Both the position numbers and the translations under genes were made by a program. A DNA stretch of 54,983 nt from Parasporobacterium sp. (GTDB lineage: Bacteria; Bacillota; Clostridia; Lachnospirales; Lachnospiraceae), in assembly GCA_021443845.1 (NCBI GenBank), contig JABUTA010000001.1, positions 1 to 54,983 of the forward strand, given 5' to 3'. Below the pieces are notes generated by a model. That model was not told where the DNA came from. It searched no databases and saw only the letters and a list, made by a program, of their open reading frames with translations. Positions 19,734-30,006 of the stretch are shown one piece after another. The stretch's first letter is position 1, and every line of letters starts with the position of its first letter.

Positions 19734-21314
19734 ATGCTGAGAATTTCTCAAATCAGATTAAAAATCAATCATAACAGGCAGGATCTGATAAATGCTGTTT
19801 CAAAGAAGCTTCGGGTTAATACCGCGGGGCTTCTTGAATTTATAATTATAAAAAAATCAATAGATGCCCGTGACCCCGGTAATATAATGTATGTTTATAC
19901 TGTTGATGTGACTGTACAGAACGAAGAATATATTCTCAAAAGATGCAGAAATTCCCATGTCAGCATATCCGATACGAAAATTTATGATTTTCCGCCCACC
20001 GGCAGTATGCCTCTTGAACATCGTCCTGTTGTTATAGGAAGCGGACCTGCAGGACTTTTCTGTGCCTATTTTCTCGCAGAAGCAGGCTTTTGCCCATTAC
20101 TTATTGAAAGAGGTCAATGTGTTGAGGAACGGAAGAAGACTGTAGAGGCATTCTGGAACACCGGAGTGCTTGATTCTGAAAGCAACGTTCAGTTCGGTGA
20201 AGGGGGAGCAGGAACATTTTCTGACGGAAAGCTCAATACAGGTGTTAATGATCCACTGGGCAGAAACCGCCTGGTTCTGGAAACTTTTGTCAAAAACGGT
20301 GCACCTGAAGAAATACTCTATGCAGGAAAACCTCATATAGGTACAGATATTCTTGCGATTGTGGTTAAGAATATGAGGCAGCATATCATATCTCTCGGAG
20401 GCGAAGTAAGATTCAATACATGCTTCAGGGAATTCATATCAGTTGACGGCAAAATAAAGGGTATTATCGTTAACGCAGAAGAGTTCATTCCTGCAGAAGC
20501 CGTTGTTCTTGCCATAGGACACTCAGCACGGGATACATTCAGTTATATTATCGGAAAATCAGGACTTGCTGTCACTGCAAAGCCCTTTGCCGTGGGTGTA
20601 AGGGCAGAACATACACAGGAGATGATAAACGAGTCACAATACGGTGAATATGCCTGTCTTCTGCCCCCTGCAGATTATAAACTCACATACAGAAGCAGTG
20701 CAGGTACCAGTGTATATTCATTCTGCATGTGCCCCGGAGGCTATGTGGTCAATTCTTCTTCCGAGGAAGGGTATACCTGTGTTAACGGAATGAGTTATTC
20801 GGGAAGAAGTTCTGATAATGCCAATGCAGCAATAGTTGCAGCTGTCAGACCCTCTGACGATCCTGCTGAAAACATAGCTTTTCAGCAGGAACTGGAACAC
20901 AGGACATATATTGAAGGGGGAGGTCTGATAGTCAGTCAGACACTTGGAGATTTTGAGTCAGGTAATGTTTCGGAATCCTTTAACAGATTAAGACCGGTTC
21001 ATAAGGGCGGAACTTCATACGGAAATATCCGTAATATACTTCCGGAAAGCATCTGCAATGATATTATCGAAGCAATGCATGCATTCGGCAGGAAAATCAA
21101 AGGATTTGACGATCCGGATGTAATACTGTCGGCAGTTGAATCCAGAACTTCCTCACCTGTACGAATAGAACGTAATGAAAGCCTTCAGGCTTCTGTTTCG
21201 GGAATATATCCGGCAGGCGAAGGCGCAGGATATGCAGGAGGCATCACAAGCGCTGCAATCGACGGAATAAAGGTATTTGAAAAAATCTGCACACAGTATA
21301 TGCCCCTTCAGTGA
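19734..21314 (+). CDS. FAD-dependent protein (COG2509-like uncharacterised dehydrogenase)
   Basis: VVIGSGPAGLFCAYFLAEAG Rossmann motif. I use the internal ATG at 19734 (MLRISQIRL...), just after the upstream stop, instead of the overlapping start at 19665. Confidence 0.82.
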   Translation: MLRISQIRLKINHNRQDLINAVSKKLRVNTAGLLEFIIIKKSIDARDPGNIMYVYTVDVTVQNEEYILKRCRNSHVSISDTKIYDFPPTGSMPLEHRPVVIGSGPAGLFCAYFLAEAGFCPLLIERGQCVEERKKTVEAFWNTGVLDSESNVQFGEGGAGTFSDGKLNTGVNDPLGRNRLVLETFVKNGAPEEILYAGKPHIGTDILAIVVKNMRQHIISLGGEVRFNTCFREFISVDGKIKGIIVNAEEFIPAEAVVLAIGHSARDTFSYIIGKSGLAVTAKPFAVGVRAEHTQEMINESQYGEYACLLPPADYKLTYRSSAGTSVYSFCMCPGGYVVNSSSEEGYTCVNGMSYSGRSSDNANAAIVAAVRPSDDPAENIAFQQELEHRTYIEGGGLIVSQTLGDFESGNVSESFNRLRPVHKGGTSYGNIRNILPESICNDIIEAMHAFGRKIKGFDDPDVILSAVESRTSSPVRIERNESLQASVSGIYPAGEGAGYAGGITSAAIDGIKVFEKICTQYMPLQ

Positions 21315-21357
21315 TACGTTTGAATTATTGAATGCTTTGTGCTATATTTATCTGGTT

Positions 21358-22515
21358 ATGGATATTAAACTAATACGAAAATCCGAAAATCTTATATATG
21401 CAGAGGCAAAGGGAAAGTACATTGCAGAGTACTGCCGGGACTCATCAGACAGCAGAAGAATACAGATTTTTCTGTATGATCCTGTCTGTAATTTTATCAG
21501 AGAGATAGTTCCCGAGAGAAAAAAATACGACCTGATAGATATACGGTCAGCTATTTGGAACAATCAGGATATTTTTTATTCCTCTTATGAAGTTACAGAG
21601 GATGGAAGGCTGCTTTTTTCAATCTACAGATATTCTATTGAAGATGATCAGGAAATCAGGCTTTGCTATGTTACAGAAAGCACAGAAGTCCTTGATAACA
21701 GCAAGAAAATCAGGCTTTTCATACTGAGTGATACTTCGGTTCTCATACAGACTGAGACTATCCAGAACACAGATATAGAAAATCTCATGGGCAATATTGC
21801 CTTCAGGCTTGCCTTATGCAATCTGGAGAACGGGGAAGTAACAACCGTAAAGGATCCTAATTTTATAAATAACGGTATCAGTTCCATAATTCCCGTTTCC
21901 GATACCAGGATAATGCTTAAGACCGGGTATTCATTTCTTGAAGATGACAGGCTTGACAGTGCCAATGAAAATGAAGCTCTTATAGAAAGTGTGTATATTA
22001 CAACATCCGCAAAGCTCATTGCAGATATCACTCTTGCAAATGAATCTGTGGATATGATCCTTATTGAGTCAGTTTATTTTGACAGGCATATTACCGGTCC
22101 TTTTGTTACAGACGAATATATACATTTCTGTATTGCAGATGCAGACAGAAAAAATGTTAAGTGTGTTTTTTATAACAGTGATACCGGTGAGCGGCTGGAA
22201 TACAGCGTAAACAGTTTTAACCCGGATGATCTTTATATAACATATGTACTGGATCATGTACCTTACGTAAGAAAACAGACAGAGGGCACAACCTCATTCT
22301 TCAATCTTCGCAAGGCATCATCGGATATTGCATTTTACGGTGAAGAATTCAGGGCTCTGTACAGTGATATTTTCATAACAGAATCCCTCGGAAAGAAGCA
22401 GAGGATGCACATATATTCATATCCGGGACTTGAACTCCTAATGGATGAGAAAAGTCATTATCATACTTCCTGCTGCAGAAATAAAGAATATTATATATAT
22501 ATTGCTGATCACTAA
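21358..22515 (+). CDS. hypothetical protein, about 385 aa, no recognisable motif
   Basis: Long uninterrupted ORF with codon usage like its neighbours. No TM segment or signal peptide. Start chosen at MDIKLIRK, but the RBS is weak, so the start is uncertain. Confidence 0.65.
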   Translation: MDIKLIRKSENLIYAEAKGKYIAEYCRDSSDSRRIQIFLYDPVCNFIREIVPERKKYDLIDIRSAIWNNQDIFYSSYEVTEDGRLLFSIYRYSIEDDQEIRLCYVTESTEVLDNSKKIRLFILSDTSVLIQTETIQNTDIENLMGNIAFRLALCNLENGEVTTVKDPNFINNGISSIIPVSDTRIMLKTGYSFLEDDRLDSANENEALIESVYITTSAKLIADITLANESVDMILIESVYFDRHITGPFVTDEYIHFCIADADRKNVKCVFYNSDTGERLEYSVNSFNPDDLYITYVLDHVPYVRKQTEGTTSFFNLRKASSDIAFYGEEFRALYSDIFITESLGKKQRMHIYSYPGLELLMDEKSHYHTSCCRNKEYYIYIADH

Positions 22516-22518
22516 AAT

Positions 22519-23961
22519 ATGGAAAGAAAACTTATTGACAAAATACTGGCTGAAGCACCGGCTGAAGAACCTGCCAGACAATACTTTTTTGCAGATGAGT
22601 GCAGAAAGATCATTACAGAAAAAGAAAACCTGAAGGGCAGAAAGCTTACCTGCTGTATTAATACCTTCGGCTGTCAGATGAATGCAAAAGATTCAGAGAA
22701 GCTGCTCGGAATCCTGAAAACCATCGGCTATGAAGAATCAGACAGTGAACAGTCTGATTTTGTACTGTATAATACCTGTACTGTCCGTGAAAATGCAAAC
22801 GAAAGAGTATATGGAAGACTCGGTGTTCTTAAAACATATAAAAAACGCAATCCGGATATGATCACAGCGGTCTGCGGATGTATGATGCAGGAAAAGCATG
22901 TTGTAGAGACTATAAAAAAGAGTTACAGACATGTTAATCTGATCTTTGGAACTCACAATATTTATAAGCTTGCGGAATTGCTGTTCATGTATCTTGCAGA
23001 AGATCGTAATCAGACAGAATTGCTGGAAGGTACAGACAAAATTGTTGAAAATCTTCCTTCAGAACGTAAATTCAATTATAAATCCGGAGTGAATATCATG
23101 TTCGGCTGCAATAATTTCTGCAGCTACTGTATTGTTCCCTATGTAAGAGGCAGGGAAAGAAGCAGAAGTCCTGAAGAAATCATCAGCGAAGTACGAAGAC
23201 TTTCAGCTGATGGAGTTACTGAAATAATGCTGCTGGGACAGAATGTTAATTCCTATAAAGCCGATATCAGTTTTCCTCAGCTTCTTAAGCAGGTTTCCGA
23301 AGTGGAAGGAATCAGGAGAGTGCGGTTCATGACATCACATCCCAAAGATCTTTCCGATGAGCTTATTGAAGTCATAAGAGATAATCCTTCCATATGCAGG
23401 CATGTTCATCTTCCGCTGCAGTCAGGCAGCAGCAGAATACTTAAGATCATGAACAGACGTTATGATAAGGAAACCTATATTTCCCTGGCAGAAAAAATAC
23501 GCCGCGAAATTCCCGGGGTATCAATAACAACTGATATCATTGTCGGATTTCCCGGAGAAACAGAAGAAGATTTCCAGGAAACCCTGGATGTGGTAAGGAA
23601 AGTCAGGTTTGACAGTGCCTTTACATTTATATATTCAAAACGTACCGGTACAAAAGCCGCTGAAATGCCTGACCAGGTTCCGAAGGATATTGTGGATGAA
23701 AGATTCCGGAGACTTCTGGATCTTGTTACAGAGATATCTAAAGAGCAGACAGCTCTTTATGAAGGCTGTACAATGGAAGTTATGGCAGAAGAAGTCAATT
23801 CCAGAGACCCGTCCCTTATTTCCGGACGGCTCTCCAATAACAGCATTGTTCACTTTAAGGGAAGCAGTGATCTTATAGGATCTGTTATCAATGTTCACTT
23901 AGACGAAGCAAAAGGATTTTACTATTATGGCACTATCGCCCATGATGTCTCAGTATCTTGA
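22519..23961 (+). CDS. miaB: tRNA-2-methylthio-N6-dimethylallyladenosine synthase MiaB
   Basis: NTFGCQMN UPF0004 domain, radical SAM CNNFCSYCIVP, and C-terminal TRAM domain. Confidence 0.92.
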   Translation: MERKLIDKILAEAPAEEPARQYFFADECRKIITEKENLKGRKLTCCINTFGCQMNAKDSEKLLGILKTIGYEESDSEQSDFVLYNTCTVRENANERVYGRLGVLKTYKKRNPDMITAVCGCMMQEKHVVETIKKSYRHVNLIFGTHNIYKLAELLFMYLAEDRNQTELLEGTDKIVENLPSERKFNYKSGVNIMFGCNNFCSYCIVPYVRGRERSRSPEEIISEVRRLSADGVTEIMLLGQNVNSYKADISFPQLLKQVSEVEGIRRVRFMTSHPKDLSDELIEVIRDNPSICRHVHLPLQSGSSRILKIMNRRYDKETYISLAEKIRREIPGVSITTDIIVGFPGETEEDFQETLDVVRKVRFDSAFTFIYSKRTGTKAAEMPDQVPKDIVDERFRRLLDLVTEISKEQTALYEGCTMEVMAEEVNSRDPSLISGRLSNNSIVHFKGSSDLIGSVINVHLDEAKGFYYYGTIAHDVSVS

Positions 23962-26554
23962 GACAAAAAAACAATACAATGACTGCATCCTGTTTTACAG
24001 ACTTGGTGATTTTTATGAAATGTTTTTTGATGATGCACTTACTGCGTCAAAAGCTCTGGAAATCACATTAACAGGTAAAGACTGCGGTCTGGAAGAAAGG
24101 GCTCCTATGTGCGGGGTCCCTTTTCATGCTGTTGATACTTATCTTAACAGACTGGTATCTCTCGGATATAAGGTTGCTATTGCCGAACAGGTGGAAGATC
24201 CCAGACTTGCAAAAGGGCTTGTGAAAAGAGAAGTAATAAAAGTTGTTACTCCCGGTACAAATATAAATAACCTGGCTCTGGATGAAAGCAAGAACAATTA
24301 TCTCATGTGCATATATTATGCAGCTGATTATTATGCAGCAGCCCTTGTTGACATCAGTACCGGTGATTTTCTTACCACACAGGTCGAGTCAGCTTCAGTG
24401 TTAATGGATGAGATCAACAAGTTTTCAGTAGCTGAAATAATATCCAACCAGTCTTTTCTCATGGCTCCTGTTGATCATGATTATCTTAAAGACAAACTCG
24501 GTATTACATGCTACACAATATCTGATTCATATTTTGAGGAAGAAACCTGTGCTGAGATCATAAAAAAACATTTTAATGTTATAGATATTTCCGGTCTGGG
24601 ATTAAACGAATATTCAGGCTCTGTACTTTGTGTGGGAGCACTTCTGAAATATCTTTACGAAACGCAGAAAACAAGTCTTGAGTTCCTTAACAGAATTCAG
24701 ACATATTCTGCCAGTAAATATATGATCATCGATCATTCCACCAGAAGAAACCTCGAACTTGTGGAAACAATGAGAGAAAAAAACAAGAAGGGTTCACTTC
24801 TATGGGTACTCGACAAAACAAAGACTGCCATGGGCGCCCGTCTCCTGAGATCATTTATAGAACAGCCGTTAATTGATGCTGATGAGATAAACCGGAGACA
24901 GGATGCCATTGAAGAACTTAATTCAATGCTCATAGACAGGGACGAGATCAGAGAATATCTGAATCCCATTTATGACCTTGAGAGACTTATGGCACGTATT
25001 TCATACAAATCCGCCAGCCCGAGGGATCTTATTGCATTTAAAAAATCCCTTGAGATGATTCCCTTTATCAAACGTATTCTGAGCAGCTTCCACAGCAGCC
25101 TTCTTACACAGATATACACAGATATGGATCCCCTTGAGGATATTTTCGACCTTATAGACAGGGCAATCGATGAAAATGCCCCTGTAACCATTAAAGAAGG
25201 CGGTATTATAAGGTCAGGGTATTCTGAAAAAATAGATATGCTCAGGAATTCCAAAGTTGAGGGTAAATCATGGCTGGCTGAACTTGAGGAAAAGGAGAGA
25301 GAGGCTACTGACATAAAGAGCCTGAAGATACGATACAATAAAGTATTCGGTTATTATATTGAAGTCACAAATACTTTCAAGGACAAGGTTCCGGACAGAT
25401 ACATGCGAAAGCAGACTCTGGTTAATGCCGAAAGGTATATTACTGACGAACTTAAAGAACTGGAAGACATTATTCTCGGCGCCGAAGAGAAACTGTTTTC
25501 CCTTGAATATGATATCTTTACTGAAATCCGGGAAACTGTTGCATCCCAGGTCAGCAGGATACAGATGACAGCCCGGGCCGTTTCCGCAATAGATGCTTTC
25601 TGTTCTCTGGCCTATGTGGCAGAACGGAACAGATATGTAAGGCCTCACATCAATTCAAAAGGCATTGTGGATATCCGCAACGGACGTCATCCTGTAGTTG
25701 AGACCATGATGGAAGAGGGCCGTTTCATTCCCAATGATACATTTGCAGATCAGGATGATAACCGTGTAAGCATCATAACCGGGCCTAACATGGCCGGTAA
25801 ATCTACTTACATGAGACAGCTGGCTCTTATAGTGTTAATGGCCTGTACCGGCAGTTTTGTACCTGCTGAAGAAGCGAATATCTCCACATGCGACAGGATA
25901 TTTACAAGAGTCGGAGCCTCAGATGACCTTGCAAGCGGACAGAGCACATTTATGGTCGAAATGACAGAGGTGTCCAATATATTGAGAAATGCTACTGCTT
26001 CATCACTGATCATTCTTGATGAAATAGGCCGGGGAACCAGTACCTATGATGGTCTGAGTATTGCATGGGCTGTGGTAGAATATATTGCAGATAAAAACAA
26101 ATGCGGAGCAAAGACTTTCTTTTCAACACATTATCACGAACTTACTGAACTTGAGGGCACCATTGACGGGGTAAAAAACTACTGCATAAGCGTTATGGAA
26201 CAGGGGGAAGATATTATTTTCCTCAGAAAAATAATCCGGGGCGGTGCAGATAAAAGCTACGGTATTCAGGTAGCACGCCTTGCGGGTGTACCTGATGAGA
26301 TAACCGGAAGAGCAAATGAGATAGTAAAACAGCTGATCAGTGCAGATATTGCACAGGCTGCATCCCCTGATACTGTAAAAGAAATTATTTACAGACCACA
26401 GCCGTCATTTAATATCCCCCAGGATAAAAATGGCCAGTTTGTACTAACAACTGCAGACGATATTGTTCATAAAAAACTTAAAGGTTTAAATCTGGATAGG
26501 ATAACTCCTTTGGAAGCTATCAATACACTGTATGAGCTGCAGCAGCTCATTTGA
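23927..26554 (+). CDS. mutS: DNA mismatch repair protein MutS
   Basis: PMMSQYLETKKQY N-terminus, FYRLGDFYEMF, Walker A GPNMAGKST and DEIGRGTSTYDG. Confidence 0.97.
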   Translation: MALSPMMSQYLETKKQYNDCILFYRLGDFYEMFFDDALTASKALEITLTGKDCGLEERAPMCGVPFHAVDTYLNRLVSLGYKVAIAEQVEDPRLAKGLVKREVIKVVTPGTNINNLALDESKNNYLMCIYYAADYYAAALVDISTGDFLTTQVESASVLMDEINKFSVAEIISNQSFLMAPVDHDYLKDKLGITCYTISDSYFEEETCAEIIKKHFNVIDISGLGLNEYSGSVLCVGALLKYLYETQKTSLEFLNRIQTYSASKYMIIDHSTRRNLELVETMREKNKKGSLLWVLDKTKTAMGARLLRSFIEQPLIDADEINRRQDAIEELNSMLIDRDEIREYLNPIYDLERLMARISYKSASPRDLIAFKKSLEMIPFIKRILSSFHSSLLTQIYTDMDPLEDIFDLIDRAIDENAPVTIKEGGIIRSGYSEKIDMLRNSKVEGKSWLAELEEKEREATDIKSLKIRYNKVFGYYIEVTNTFKDKVPDRYMRKQTLVNAERYITDELKELEDIILGAEEKLFSLEYDIFTEIRETVASQVSRIQMTARAVSAIDAFCSLAYVAERNRYVRPHINSKGIVDIRNGRHPVVETMMEEGRFIPNDTFADQDDNRVSIITGPNMAGKSTYMRQLALIVLMACTGSFVPAEEANISTCDRIFTRVGASDDLASGQSTFMVEMTEVSNILRNATASSLIILDEIGRGTSTYDGLSIAWAVVEYIADKNKCGAKTFFSTHYHELTELEGTIDGVKNYCISVMEQGEDIIFLRKIIRGGADKSYGIQVARLAGVPDEITGRANEIVKQLISADIAQAASPDTVKEIIYRPQPSFNIPQDKNGQFVLTTADDIVHKKLKGLNLDRITPLEAINTLYELQQLI

Positions 26555-26567
26555 GGTAATTTATATT

Positions 26568-27134
26568 TTGAAAAAAATAATACTTGCATCGTCTTCTCCC
26601 AGACGGCGGGATCTGCTAACACAGGCAGGACTGACTTTTGATATTGTTTCACCAGAATGTGACGAAAATATAGATTCAACAGAACCTTCGGAATATGTTG
26701 AAGAACTTTCACGAAGGAAATGCATGGCAGCTGCGGTGCTGTCTGATAAGGATACGGACTATATTATCATCGGAGCTGATACAGTAGTAGTGCATGACGG
26801 AAAAATACTGGGCAAACCTGCTGATAAAAATGAAGCATATAATATGCTTTCCGGGTTATCAGGCAGAACCCATGCTGTATACACCGGAGTTACAGTTTTT
26901 GACACAAAATATGATAAAATATTAAGTTTTTGCGAAAAAACAGAAGTTAAATTTTACGATATTTCAAAAAATGAAATCATTTCGTATATAGAAACAGGTG
27001 AACCCATGGATAAGGCCGGGGCATACGGCATACAGGGTCTGGGCGTTTTCCTGGTCGAAAGGATTAACGGTGATTATAATAACGTAGTAGGATTGCCGGT
27101 TTCGAGACTTCTGCGGGTTATTGCTGAATTATGA
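26568..27134 (+). CDS. maf: Maf-like nucleoside triphosphate pyrophosphatase
   Basis: ILASSSPRRRDLL and GAYGIQG motifs. The probable start is the TTG at 26568, preceded by GAGGT, rather than the upstream ATG inside mutS. Confidence 0.88.
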   Translation: MKKIILASSSPRRRDLLTQAGLTFDIVSPECDENIDSTEPSEYVEELSRRKCMAAAVLSDKDTDYIIIGADTVVVHDGKILGKPADKNEAYNMLSGLSGRTHAVYTGVTVFDTKYDKILSFCEKTEVKFYDISKNEIISYIETGEPMDKAGAYGIQGLGVFLVERINGDYNNVVGLPVSRLLRVIAEL

Positions 27135-29056
27135 TTAAACTTCTTGATAAAAATACAATAGATAAGATTGCAGCCGGTGAAGTAATAGACAGACCTGCTT
27201 CAATAGTAAAAGAACTTGTTGAGAATTCCATAGATGCAGGTTCTTCTGCCGTGTCAGTGGAAATAAAAGACGGTGGAAAATCCCTTATAAGAATTACCGA
27301 TAACGGCTCAGGGATTGCCGCAGATCAGATCGGCATTGCATTTTTAAGACATTCCACCAGCAAGATTAATGATGCATCTGACCTTTCATTTATCAGTACG
27401 CTGGGATTCAGAGGTGAAGCACTTTCTTCCATTGCTGCTGTTTCAAGAACTGAGCTCTGTACTAAAACTGAAGACTCTCTTACGGGTGTGATTTATAAAA
27501 TAAACGGCGGTACGGAGGAATCTGTATGTGAGGCCGGTCTCCCGGAAGGAACTACGATAATAGTCAGAGATCTGTTTTATAATACACCTGCCCGGCTTAA
27601 ATTTTTAAAGTCTGATCAGACTGAAGCCGGGTACATTCTTGATACAGTACAGAGAATAGCACTTTCAAGGCCGGACATTTCGTTCAAGTTCACTTCCAAC
27701 GGATCTGTTCGCCTCAGCACATCAGGAAACGGAATTCTGAAAGATACCATATATTCCGTTTTCGGCAGGGATATAACAGCAAATCTCCTGGAAATCAATG
27801 ACGGTAATGACATTCTCAGGGTGGAGGGTTTTACGGGAAAGCCTGAAATTGCAAGAGGCAACCGCAGCTTTGAATTTTTCTATATAAACGGACGTTATAT
27901 AAAAGACAGAATAATCCAGAAAGCCCTTGAAGATGCGTATACCGGCTATCAGATGAAGGGGACATTTCCTTTTGCCGTTCTAAATATTATTATTGAGCCG
28001 GAACTGATTGATGTAAATGTTCATCCTTCAAAAATGGAGATCAGATTTTTCAATAATGAAACTGTTTTTGAATCCATATATGAGATCATCAGAAAACGCA
28101 TAACCTCCAGAGAAAACATTCCGGAAGCATCTTTTAAAGATAATACCGGAAGTATGAAGCATGATACTGTGAAGCAGTACATTCCGGAACCTTTTGAAAA
28201 GCAGAAAGATGAAAGACTTTTTAAACTGCTGAATGATTTTCCTGTAAAGAATGCTCCTCATTTTTCCGGTAATACAGGTTTTTACAGTGATGATATCAAG
28301 TATAATGCCGGCACGTCTGAAAATATTACTGAAGATTCCCACACAGTTTCAGCAGTTTCTCTGAAAGAAGATGATCTTTATGCAAAAGGGCATATGTCTG
28401 ACGACAATTCATCCGGCTGTACATCAGACGGTAAACAGAGTGTTTTTCCTGCCGACCGATTCCTGTCAGAAGCCTCCAGACCAATGCATCGTATAATCGG
28501 TGAGGTATTTGATACATACTGGCTGGTAGAATTTGACGGGAAACTGTATATAATTGATCAGCATGCCGCTCATGAGAAGGTACTTTATGAACGGTTCATG
28601 AAAAAACTGAAAAACGGCGATCATTATTCCCAGTATATAATTCCTCCGATTATCGTAACCTTATCTCCGCGGGAAATGGAAACTGCCGAAAAGTACAAAA
28701 AACAATTTTATGACATAGGATTTGAATTCGAGCATTTCGGAGGAAGTGAATATTCTGTAAGTGCAGTACCGGCTGACATTTATTCAACTGACAGCCGCCA
28801 GCTTTTTATGACACTGCTGTCCGAACTATCTGATATCTCTGCCGGCACAGTTCCGGATATTATTACAGACAGGGCAGCAACAGCCGCCTGCAGGGCAGCT
28901 GTTAAAGGAGGCACAAGGCTTTCTCATGCAGAAGCAGACAGGCTTATAGATGAACTTCTTACCCTGGACAATCCTTATAACTGTCCTCACGGCCGTCCAA
29001 CTATCATAACTATGTCCAGATATGAACTGGAGAAAAAATTCAAACGTATAATATGA
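27131..29056 (+). CDS. mutL: DNA mismatch repair protein MutL
   Basis: IAAGEVIDRPASIVKELVENSIDAG GHKL ATPase N-terminus, GFRGEAL, and C-terminal dimerisation domain. Confidence 0.96.
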   Translation: MIKLLDKNTIDKIAAGEVIDRPASIVKELVENSIDAGSSAVSVEIKDGGKSLIRITDNGSGIAADQIGIAFLRHSTSKINDASDLSFISTLGFRGEALSSIAAVSRTELCTKTEDSLTGVIYKINGGTEESVCEAGLPEGTTIIVRDLFYNTPARLKFLKSDQTEAGYILDTVQRIALSRPDISFKFTSNGSVRLSTSGNGILKDTIYSVFGRDITANLLEINDGNDILRVEGFTGKPEIARGNRSFEFFYINGRYIKDRIIQKALEDAYTGYQMKGTFPFAVLNIIIEPELIDVNVHPSKMEIRFFNNETVFESIYEIIRKRITSRENIPEASFKDNTGSMKHDTVKQYIPEPFEKQKDERLFKLLNDFPVKNAPHFSGNTGFYSDDIKYNAGTSENITEDSHTVSAVSLKEDDLYAKGHMSDDNSSGCTSDGKQSVFPADRFLSEASRPMHRIIGEVFDTYWLVEFDGKLYIIDQHAAHEKVLYERFMKKLKNGDHYSQYIIPPIIVTLSPREMETAEKYKKQFYDIGFEFEHFGGSEYSVSAVPADIYSTDSRQLFMTLLSELSDISAGTVPDIITDRAATAACRAAVKGGTRLSHAEADRLIDELLTLDNPYNCPHGRPTIITMSRYELEKKFKRII

Positions 29057-30006
29057 CAAAAAAACCTCTGATCATTATTTCCGGTGCTACGGCAGTCGGA
29101 AAAACCGATCTCTCGATAGCACTGGCAGAAAAAATAAACGGTGAAATAATCAGCGCTGATTCCATGCAGGTATATAAGGGTTTTGATATCGGTACTGCAA
29201 AGATATCGGAATCTGAGATGCATGGCATCAGGCACTGGTTGATTGATGAATTGGAACCTGAGGAAGAATTCAATGTATATGAATTCAAAACAAGGGCCGT
29301 AAAATATATTAATGATATATTATCCAGGGGAAAGATTCCCATAATAGTCGGCGGAACCGGTTTTTATATACAGTCTGTCCTGTATGACGTTGATTTCACT
29401 GAAACTGATTCAGACAGGTCCTACAGACAGCAGCTTGAGGAAATAAATGCAGAAAACGGACCGGAATACCTTCATGAAATGCTTAAAAAGATTGACCCGG
29501 ATTCCGCAGCAGCCATTCATGCAAACAATACAAAAAGAGTCATAAGAGCCCTTGAATATTACCATGATACCGGCAGTCCCATTTCTGTACATAACAGAGA
29601 ACAGCATCAGAGGGAATCCTGTTACAATTCTGCATATATCGTGCTTAACAGGTCAAGGGAAGTCATTTACGACCGGATCAACAGAAGGGTAGACCTGATG
29701 ATCGAATCAGGTCTTGAAAATGAAGTCCGGGATCTGCTGAAGGGTGGTGTGCCGGAAGATTCTCTGGCAATGCAGGGTCTTGGCTATAAGGAAATGATAA
29801 GTTATATAAACGGCAGGGCAGATTTTAACGAAACAGTTTCCATAATAAAGCAGAGCACACGGCATTTTGCAAAAAGACAGCTCACATGGTTCAGAAGGGA
29901 AAAAGATGTGATATGGATGGATTATAAGGATTTTGCTGACAATAGTCAGATGCTGAGTCATATCATAAACATTTTAAAGGAGAAAAAAATTGTTCAGATA
30001 TCCTGA
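29053..30006 (+). CDS. miaA: tRNA dimethylallyltransferase MiaA
   Basis: P-loop GATAVGKT followed by SADSMQVYKGFDIGTAK. Confidence 0.95.
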   Translation: MTKKPLIIISGATAVGKTDLSIALAEKINGEIISADSMQVYKGFDIGTAKISESEMHGIRHWLIDELEPEEEFNVYEFKTRAVKYINDILSRGKIPIIVGGTGFYIQSVLYDVDFTETDSDRSYRQQLEEINAENGPEYLHEMLKKIDPDSAAAIHANNTKRVIRALEYYHDTGSPISVHNREQHQRESCYNSAYIVLNRSREVIYDRINRRVDLMIESGLENEVRDLLKGGVPEDSLAMQGLGYKEMISYINGRADFNETVSIIKQSTRHFAKRQLTWFRREKDVIWMDYKDFADNSQMLSHIINILKEKKIVQIS

